Part shown: positions 57,273 through 64,000 of the stretch, in pieces
Layout: each line of letters begins with the position of its first letter
Numbering within the stretch: position 1 is the stretch's first letter
DNA from: Fervidicoccaceae archaeon
GTDB taxonomy: Archaea; Thermoproteota; Thermoprotei_A; Sulfolobales; Fervidicoccaceae
Assembly (NCBI GenBank): GCA_038734945.1
Contig: JAVYOA010000009.1
Span: 310,001-374,000 of the forward strand
Reading direction: 5' to 3'
DNA length: 64,000 nt
Notes under the pieces: model-generated
What the model saw: only the letters and a program-made list of their open reading frames with translations
Told to the model about the DNA's origin: nothing
The model's database searches: none
Position numbers and translations under genes: made by a program

Positions 57273-59068
57273 ATAAATGCATATAATGGATCAGTCTTTC
57301 TCTTTATCTTAATAATTTCGTTGAGTATCTGGAGAGAGTCTTCGCTAATATAGCTCTTTAGCTCTGTCAGCAGCATTCTAGCATGCTGGTCTGGAACATC
57401 AGTATACATGATATCACCCTCGTTGATGTGCCTACCAACTACGACATTCCCCTTTATTGAAAGGGCAATCTGCATTCCAACCCTTGCTTCCTTTATAGAT
57501 TGCCCTCTATCCTGTAATTGATTGACAACACCAACCTTCTTTCCATCCTCAGTCATTAATGGTGCTCCGGGCCTGAGAATTCCACCCAACACTTCTATTC
57601 CAACTATTGCTGGATCACTTCTTCTGAAAATGAAACCTGGAAGGATTCTAACCTTAGCTGGCCATACAAGGGATTCAAGCTTTCTTTCTACTTCTTTTCT
57701 TTTTAGCTCATTCCTCCAGTTAAAGTAATCTTCCAACAGTCTGTAAATTACATTATTAAGCATGATATGAATTCCAGCCCTTTCTGCTTCTTCTTTTGCT
57801 TCAGGGAGAACCTTCACATTGAATCCCAAGATCACTCCCAGGCTTTCATCTTCCTGTTTAGAAATTGATGCTTCCACAACATCTCTCTTCGAGATTGAGC
57901 CAACATCAGCCAATCTAACTGGTATTTTTTCTCTTCTCAGCGCCTCAACAAGTGCCTCCAAGGATCCCAATGCATCCGCCTTTGCGATTACCCCAGACCT
58001 ATCGGTTTTAACCTTGACACTTTCGATGTCCTCAATGATTTTCCTCTTTATTTCTTCGATATTCTGATCTTCTCCTACGACCAGTATGGGGCTTCCAGCA
58101 AGCGACTTCTCCAAATCCGGAGCAACTATTTTGACTCCGCTCGAAGCATATACTTCATCCACATTCATGAACTTGTCCTCCGGAGATCTGATTTCCTGGA
58201 GAGGTTTGGGCATCAAAATTGCTCTAACCTTTGTTACAATTACTCCATCCACTCCTCCAAGAACTACAGTATCTCCCCTCCTAAGAACCCCATCATAAAT
58301 TATGCAGTCAACTGTATGTCCCAGCCCACTTACTTCCTTGACTTCCAGAACTACCCCCTTTGCTGGACCAGCAGCAAAAGTTAATCTATCCTTCAGGTAT
58401 TGCTGAGCAAGTCCAGCTAGAACAGCTAAAAGTTCAGCTATCCCCTCTCCTGTTCTTGCCGAGACTGGAACTATGCTTACCGTTCTAGTAAAGTCCCTTA
58501 TTCTGTCGAATCTATCGCTGTTAAAGCCATATTTTCCCAGTTCACCCATCAAATAATATATTTTCTCATCGAGGGCATCTCTAACATGCTGTGATTGTTT
58601 TTGATAAGAGAAGATAAAGGGCTCATTAGGGTAGCTCTTCCACCCCGATATCTTGTCTATCTTGTTGGCAGCAACTAAAAAGGGGACCCTTCTCGATTTT
58701 ATGAGCTGCAGAGATTCGATTGTCTGCTCTTTAAACCCTTCAATAATGTCAACTACAAGTATCGCAAAATCAGCGATCTCTCCACCCCTCCTTCTCATAT
58801 TCATGAAGAGCTCATGTCCTGGAGTATCGATAAAGAGAAGACCAGGAATTTTGAGCTTAACTGGAAACATCTTCTTCAGCGGAGAAGCTATTTCCTCTAT
58901 TACTCTCGATGGAACAATGCTTGCACCTACATGCTGAGTAATTTCGCCCGGCTCTCTCTTGGCTACACTCGTCCCCCTTATCTTGTCGAGAAGAGTAGTT
59001 TTTCCATGATCAACATGTCCCATGACGACTACAATTGGCTGTCTCAGCGGCTTTTCAGCCTTCTCCAT
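57269..59068 (-). CDS. infB: Translation initiation factor aIF5B (IF-2)
   Basis: LRQPIV..GHVDHGKTT, DTPGHE, NKID, GSLEAL. Confidence 0.97.
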   Translation of the reverse strand: MEKAEKPLRQPIVVVMGHVDHGKTTLLDKIRGTSVAKREPGEITQHVGASIVPSRVIEEIASPLKKMFPVKLKIPGLLFIDTPGHELFMNMRRRGGEIADFAILVVDIIEGFKEQTIESLQLIKSRRVPFLVAANKIDKISGWKSYPNEPFIFSYQKQSQHVRDALDEKIYYLMGELGKYGFNSDRFDRIRDFTRTVSIVPVSARTGEGIAELLAVLAGLAQQYLKDRLTFAAGPAKGVVLEVKEVSGLGHTVDCIIYDGVLRRGDTVVLGGVDGVIVTKVRAILMPKPLQEIRSPEDKFMNVDEVYASSGVKIVAPDLEKSLAGSPILVVGEDQNIEEIKRKIIEDIESVKVKTDRSGVIAKADALGSLEALVEALRREKIPVRLADVGSISKRDVVEASISKQEDESLGVILGFNVKVLPEAKEEAERAGIHIMLNNVIYRLLEDYFNWRNELKRKEVERKLESLVWPAKVRILPGFIFRRSDPAIVGIEVLGGILRPGAPLMTEDGKKVGVVNQLQDRGQSIKEARVGMQIALSIKGNVVVGRHINEGDIMYTDVPDQHARMLLTELKSYISEDSLQILNEIIKIKRKTDPLYAFI

Positions 59069-59201
59069 GATAATCTCCAAGAAAAGCATCTGTGAATAGC
59101 CTTAAAAACAATATCTTTTATAACCATTCAAAGATAAACAGATTTGAATATCCGGGAATGAACCGCACCGCGGGAATTCTGGATGAGAGGGAGAATATTC
59201 C

Positions 59202-59858
59202 ATGCCAGAGTTCAAGCTAATAGTTTCGGATAGATTTCAATCAACACAAAAGATAAAGGTAAAAGTAATAGGGGATGAAAAAATTCCCCTAAGCAAGGAG
59301 CAAAAGGAAGGTAGAAGGCTCCCCACCTGCGAGATATCAAAAGCGCTGGCTGAAAAACTAAACATCGAAGATGGCGTATTGGCTTTGAGATTAGTGAAGG
59401 AAGGAAGCAAAGAGGTGAAAATGCACCTGAAGCCAGTAATAAAAGAGGGTATCGAGGAAAACACAGTGAAAGTACCTCAGGACTTACTGGCTGAAAAAGT
59501 TGGAGAGCTAGAAGCAGAGGGAGAAGCATTCAGATCTAGAGCATTTCAGCTCACTCTAGATGAGCTAACTAGCAGAAGGCTAGTGGGAATGAAAATAGGA
59601 GACGAGATAGATGCTACGATAATTGGATTGAATGGAAAACTAGTTATTAGAGGAGGAAGTGACAACAGCGGCTTTCCTATGAGGGCCGATGTCCCGGGAA
59701 CTGTGAAGAAAAAACTTCTTCTGTCAGGGCCGCCAGGATACCATCCAAGGAACAGAGGAGAGAGAAGAAGAAAGATAGTGAGAGGAAACACTATTGATGA
59801 CAGCATAGTACAGATAAATGTTGTGCTAGTGAGAGAAAAGGAGGCAAAGGAAAGATAG
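59202..59858 (+). CDS. rps6e: 30S ribosomal protein eS6 (long crenarchaeal form)
   Basis: FKLIVSD, GGSDNSGFPMR, GERRRKIVRGN, QIN. Confidence 0.95.
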   Translation: MPEFKLIVSDRFQSTQKIKVKVIGDEKIPLSKEQKEGRRLPTCEISKALAEKLNIEDGVLALRLVKEGSKEVKMHLKPVIKEGIEENTVKVPQDLLAEKVGELEAEGEAFRSRAFQLTLDELTSRRLVGMKIGDEIDATIIGLNGKLVIRGGSDNSGFPMRADVPGTVKKKLLLSGPPGYHPRNRGERRRKIVRGNTIDDSIVQINVVLVREKEAKER

Positions 59859-59878
59859 CCTCCGGAAAGTGATAGCAA

Positions 59879-61117
59879 ATGAGCTATGCAGAAAAAAAGC
59901 AACCAGAGGTGAACATTGGAACAGCTGGGCATGTAGATCATGGAAAAACTACCCTAGTATCAGCTCTAACTGGAATATGGACCTCTAGGCACAGTGAAGA
60001 ACTGAAGAGAGGGATGACCATAAAGCTAGGATATGCTGATGGAGCAGTATACAAATGCAGCAACATCCCCTTTCCGGAAGCCTATCAACCTTTCCCTGAG
60101 TGTCCAGAAGGAAGTACTCCTGAGCTTCTTAGAAGAGTTTCATATGTTGATGCGCCTGGTCACGAAATTCTCATGGCCACCATGCTAACAGGAGCTGCTA
60201 TAATGGATGGAGTTCTTCTAGTTATAGCTGCCAACGAGAGGGTTCCACAACCTCAGACAGCAGAGCACTTTGCCGCTCTTGGCGTTATAGGTCAAAAGAA
60301 CATAATAATCGTTCAAAATAAGGTCGATGTTGTGCCTCCAGAAAAGGCGAAGGAAAACTACAGAGAGATAAAGAAAATGATAGAAGGGACATGGGCCGAA
60401 AGGGCCCCCATTATACCAGTTTCCGCGTTGAAGAAGGGAAACATCGATGTTCTAATGGCAGCAATACAGAAATATATTCCAACGCCTCAGAGGGACCTAT
60501 CAAAACCTCCCCTGATGCATGTTGTTAGAAGTTTCGATGCCAACAGGCCGGGAACTCCCCCAGAAAAAATGGTTGGAGGTATAGTTGGTGGAACACTTCT
60601 ACAAGGAAAACTGAGCGTTGGTGACGAAATAGTCATACTTCCTGGAATAAAAGTCAAAAAAGCTGGAGGAAAAGAGGATTATGAGCCAATGATAACCAAG
60701 GTTGTTAGCCTCAGGTTCGGAGAGACGAGCGTTGATACTGCTCTCCCAGGAGGATTGCTAGCTATTGGAACACAACTTGATCCATCTCTCACTAAAGGAG
60801 ATTCTCTTGTTGGGAGCGTAGTAACTAAGGCTGGAATTGAGCTTCCTGTAGTCAGCGAAGTTGAGGTAGAGTATCATCTCTTCGAGAGGGTTGTTGGTCT
60901 AAGAGAAATGACCACTGTTAAGCCAATTCAAATAAGAGAGCCACTTATGCTCACAGTTGGAACATCTGTCACTCTGGGAAGCGTTAGTAGAGTTTCCTCT
61001 TCAACATTTACAATTTCCCTCAGGAAGCCCATTGTGGCTCTTCCAAACAGCAGGGTAGCTTTCAGTAGACAAGTACTTGGAAGATGGAGGCTCATAGGAT
61101 GGGGAACGATAAAATAA
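59879..61117 (+). CDS. eif2g: Translation initiation factor aIF2 gamma
   Basis: QPEVNIG..GHVDHGKT, RGMTIKLGY, DAPGHE, RWRLIGWG. Confidence 0.97.
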   Translation: MSYAEKKQPEVNIGTAGHVDHGKTTLVSALTGIWTSRHSEELKRGMTIKLGYADGAVYKCSNIPFPEAYQPFPECPEGSTPELLRRVSYVDAPGHEILMATMLTGAAIMDGVLLVIAANERVPQPQTAEHFAALGVIGQKNIIIVQNKVDVVPPEKAKENYREIKKMIEGTWAERAPIIPVSALKKGNIDVLMAAIQKYIPTPQRDLSKPPLMHVVRSFDANRPGTPPEKMVGGIVGGTLLQGKLSVGDEIVILPGIKVKKAGGKEDYEPMITKVVSLRFGETSVDTALPGGLLAIGTQLDPSLTKGDSLVGSVVTKAGIELPVVSEVEVEYHLFERVVGLREMTTVKPIQIREPLMLTVGTSVTLGSVSRVSSSTFTISLRKPIVALPNSRVAFSRQVLGRWRLIGWGTIK

Positions 61118-61530
61118 ACACCAAACTGTTTGTTATTCTCGACTCAAACGCCCTTTTACAGATTTATAGGGGAGTTTCTATTTTCGATCAAATCGAGGAA
61201 ACCCTTGACATATCGCCTGTATATATTTGTCCTGATGCTGTATTGAATGAACTGAAGAAAATATCGGAGAAAGAAGGAGAAATATCTAGAGCAGCAAAAT
61301 TGGCAATCGAGTACGCAAATAACGCATGCGTTCCCTATATAACAGGAGAAAAGAGCGGAGACAGGGCAATTCTCAAAGCTTCGATAGAGCTTTCATCAGA
61401 AGGAAAAACAGTAATTGTATCTACAAGCGACAGAAAGCTTCGCAGTAAGTTGCGTTCAATGGGAATAAAAACAGCTTATTACAGAGAAACTCAACATCGC
61501 TTTGAGGTGGAAGCAAGGGATGTCCTATAG
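61099..61530 (+). CDS. PIN-domain protein (Fcf1/Utp24-like)
   Basis: ILDSNAL, VLNEL, GDRAI, TSDRKL; conserved position after eif2g. Confidence 0.85.
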   Translation: MGNDKINTKLFVILDSNALLQIYRGVSIFDQIEETLDISPVYICPDAVLNELKKISEKEGEISRAAKLAIEYANNACVPYITGEKSGDRAILKASIELSSEGKTVIVSTSDRKLRSKLRSMGIKTAYYRETQHRFEVEARDVL

Positions 61531-61612
61531 GGAGAGGAAGAATTTTAAGTCTTCCTTTGAAACATGGCATTTGGGCTCATTATGGGAGGAAGAAAAGTAC
61601 AGGTGATGCGCA

Positions 61613-62152
61613 TTGTTCATGGTTTCTAGGATAAAGGAAATAATAAGATTACCTCCGGAGCGACTGAATGAGAACTTGGATGAAGTTGCGAGGAACATCT
61701 TGAACTCACAATATTCCGGCACCTATGATGAGCGTCTCGGAATCATTATAGGGGTCTATGATGTTTCTGCTGAACCAATCGGCAAAATTCTTCACGGTGA
61801 TGGAGGTTCTTATCATTGGGTTGAGGCAAGCGTCCTTTCCATAAAACCTCAAATGAATGAAGTGGTTCTGGGAACAGTTTACTCTGTAAGAGACTTTGGA
61901 ATATTCGTATCTATAGGTCCAATAGATGGATTCATACATAAATCACAGCTATCCGATGAATTCGTTGAATATGACTCAAGTAGACAAGCATTCATATTGA
62001 AGCAGAGCAACAGAATAATTGAGAAAGGAGACATAGTAAGAGCTAGGGTAGTAGCGTTTGGCTACAATTTGGAGAGGAAGGAGCTCAGGCTACAATTAAC
62101 AATGAGACAGCCATACCTAGGAAAAATATCCATTAGAAGAAGGAGTGATTGA
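61613..62152 (+). CDS. rpoE1: RNA polymerase subunit Rpo7 (E')
   Basis: RLPP, GDGG, FGIFV.IGPIDG, LTMRQPYLG. Confidence 0.95.
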   Translation: MFMVSRIKEIIRLPPERLNENLDEVARNILNSQYSGTYDERLGIIIGVYDVSAEPIGKILHGDGGSYHWVEASVLSIKPQMNEVVLGTVYSVRDFGIFVSIGPIDGFIHKSQLSDEFVEYDSSRQAFILKQSNRIIEKGDIVRARVVAFGYNLERKELRLQLTMRQPYLGKISIRRRSD

Positions 62153-62153
62153 A

Positions 62154-62363
62154 ATGCCGAACAGATCAAAGGCAGTTTATAAAGCATGCGTGAGATGCAA
62201 GTTGCTTGTAGATCCGAAAGTTGAGGTATGTCCCAATTGCGGTTCTAAAGAGTTCAGTAATGACTGGGAGGGAATGATTATAGTAATAGATCCGGAAAAA
62301 AGCGCCGTTGCTCATATAATTGGAACCAGAGTGCCAGGAAGATATGCCATAAAAGTAAGGTGA
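62154..62363 (+). CDS. spt4: Transcription elongation factor Spt4 (RpoE'')
   Basis: ACVRC, CPNCGS, W.G, PGRYAIKV. Confidence 0.95.
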   Translation: MPNRSKAVYKACVRCKLLVDPKVEVCPNCGSKEFSNDWEGMIIVIDPEKSAVAHIIGTRVPGRYAIKVR

Positions 62364-62917
62364 ATATAAATTTGCCTCTTATTCTCAGCAGAGGAGACTT
62401 GAGGGAGATCCTATCTCACCCCGTTTCTCCTGTGTCAAGAGAGAAAGCATTCAGAGCAATAATTGAGAGCTTAGGTAGAAGGAGAGTGATTACTGTAGGT
62501 GATGTAGTAACTTTTGAGTACATAAGAATCAAGAACGCACCACCCCTCATCGGATTCATTGATGGATTCACAAAGAGAGATATTGAGACAGAAACGAGCC
62601 TTGAAGAGGAGTTTGAGGACCACATTGAGATATCGAACCAGAGAGGAGAGGTTGATCTGGAGTTAATTGAAGATGCGCTGAGTCAAATATCAATAAACTT
62701 TCAACAGGGAGTTTCAACTTTGGTTTTTGTGAAGGGGGAAGAGGATTTGCTCTCTCTAGCAACCCCTCTTTTCTTTTCATCACCAGACTCTGTCCTCATC
62801 TATGGTCAGCCGAACATGGGAGCAGTAGTCCTTCAGCTCTACTATCCAATGAGAGAATATTTGACATCTCTTCTCTCCTTTCTCTCTCCCTCGATAGGAA
62901 GAGAAATCAGCGTCTGA
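62360..62917 (+). CDS. DUF359 family GTP-dependent dephospho-CoA kinase
   Basis: TVGDVVT, DGFTKR, GEEDLL, YGQP..G. Confidence 0.88.
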   Translation: MNINLPLILSRGDLREILSHPVSPVSREKAFRAIIESLGRRRVITVGDVVTFEYIRIKNAPPLIGFIDGFTKRDIETETSLEEEFEDHIEISNQRGEVDLELIEDALSQISINFQQGVSTLVFVKGEEDLLSLATPLFFSSPDSVLIYGQPNMGAVVLQLYYPMREYLTSLLSFLSPSIGREISV

Positions 62918-62920
62918 TTC

Positions 62921-64000
62921 CTAGAGGGATGATACAATTTTCAATACTGCTCCATTGTGGAGTTTTGAATCTGCTCCCAATCTCTGCTTGGTTTTCACAT
63001 CAATAGCATATATGAATCCTTTCTCCAGGTCAGAATGGATCATTCCTGCTACACTCCTTGCAGTCGAGCCGAAATCCACCAGTAATGCATCTGGAAGAAT
63101 TCTTCCCTCTTTATCAGTCAACTTATTCTGATCCTCAACTGGATAGACAACAATTTTTTTCAGCACATCAAAAACCAAAGAGTTGAGGCTCTGTTGAACT
63201 CCAGTTCCACCATAGACGTTGAAAACCCTTTCCTGTATGTATTTCAAAGCATTTTGCTGGGCCTTAGTAATTTTCGAGGCATCTATTACCTCGAACTTTG
63301 AATCTCCAGGTATGTAATCTATAATTCCAGCTTTAGCAGCCCTCCTCAAAGCGAGTTCAGCTTCACCGCTAACAGGAAATACCTTATCATTTGGGAACGC
63401 TTCTTTCAATCTTCGTATATTTTCCATCGATTGGGGTATATCGGCTTTGTTTGCCACTATAACATGGGGTTTAGCACTTTTCCTCAGCTCTCTTGCAAAT
63501 GCTACAAAGTCTTCTTGCTTCCACATAGAGGGTCTCTTGCTCTCCAAGCCACTTTTTCCAAGAGCATCAAGCACAGCAGCACGCTTCACAGATAATCCAG
63601 AAATTTTCTCATAAAGTGCCTCTTGAACATCCTTTCTTCCAGTTTCTACAGCAACTGAAAATTTTTGCCAGTCCGATGAAATTATTCTAGCTAGCCACAT
63701 GTCAATCTCGAATAATATATCCTTAACTTCTTTGACCGGATCATTGGTTCCCGGGGGGACTGGATTTCCGCTCTCATCAGTTGAGCCAGATGCATCAACT
63801 ACGAGCAAAAAAGCATCAGCCCTTCTGAGATCGTCCATGAACTTATTTCCGAGCCCCCTTCCCATATATGCGCCTGGAATGAGTCCAGCTACATCAGTTA
63901 ATTCAACGGGAACGAATCTGTTGCCCTTTGTGCAATATCCGCTTCTTGGGTTGCAGCTTGGAAGAGAAAACTCAACATGAGGACAATTAACTCTTACGTA
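62921..64000 (-). CDS. ychF: YchF/Ola1 Obg-family ATPase/GTPase with TGS domain, 5'-truncated by window edge
   Basis: Frame is open to 64000 (YVRVNCPH...DVAGLIPGAYMGRGLGNKF), NKAD, IHSDL..GF. Confidence 0.93.
   Translation of the reverse strand, partial: YVRVNCPHVEFSLPSCNPRSGYCTKGNRFVPVELTDVAGLIPGAYMGRGLGNKFMDDLRRADAFLLVVDASGSTDESGNPVPPGTNDPVKEVKDILFEIDMWLARIISSDWQKFSVAVETGRKDVQEALYEKISGLSVKRAAVLDALGKSGLESKRPSMWKQEDFVAFARELRKSAKPHVIVANKADIPQSMENIRRLKEAFPNDKVFPVSGEAELALRRAAKAGIIDYIPGDSKFEVIDASKITKAQQNALKYIQERVFNVYGGTGVQQSLNSLVFDVLKKIVVYPVEDQNKLTDKEGRILPDALLVDFGSTARSVAGMIHSDLEKGFIYAIDVKTKQRLGADSKLHNGAVLKIVSSL

Noticed and set aside
59150..59184. Archaeal SECIS element
   Set aside because: No in-frame TGA selenoprotein candidate nearby; a leader hairpin is the simpler reading
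740..63980. Numerous short antisense or overlapping ORFs in the six-frame track
   Set aside because: They overlap well-supported genes on the other strand or frame and carry no family motifs
63866..64000. Apparent N-terminal truncation or frameshift of ychF
   Set aside because: Frame is open to the window edge; truncation is a window artefact

Overview
Chromosomal window of a thermophilic archaeon of the Thermoproteota (Crenarchaeota); Desulfurococcales/Fervidicoccales-like is an inference from gene content, GC-rich tRNAs lacking a full encoded CCA, and a BHB tRNA intron. Layout: (1) 3' part of a Cu-type P1B ATPase. (2) An ~11 kb AT-rich island (~1.9-13.1 kb) ending at tRNA-Arg(CCG), encoding a MoxR/DUF58/DUF4350/DUF4129/DUF1616 cell-surface module, a degenerate exosortase-like protein and a GT2 glycosyltransferase. 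(3) thiI, whose stop codon lies inside that tRNA. (4) IS200/IS605-derived mini-elements: a structured omega-RNA-like element at ~14.6 kb and two diverged ~210-bp copies carrying a TnpB tail at ~15.6 kb and ~57.1 kb. (5) Peptide and sugar catabolism and transport genes (AOR, IorAB, ACD alpha, amino-acid, nucleoside/sugar and metal ABC systems, thi4). (6) A rearranged translation/transcription core (alaS, uL10/uL1/uL11, spt5, secE, archease, nep1, rnp4, ftsY, pfdA, rplX, aIF5B, eS6, aIF2-gamma, rpoE1, spt4, ychF) with three more tRNAs and a box C/D sRNA predicted to target 23S helix 69. No CRISPR array, rRNA, integrase or intact transposase was seen. All family assignments come from motif recognition by eye, not database searches.
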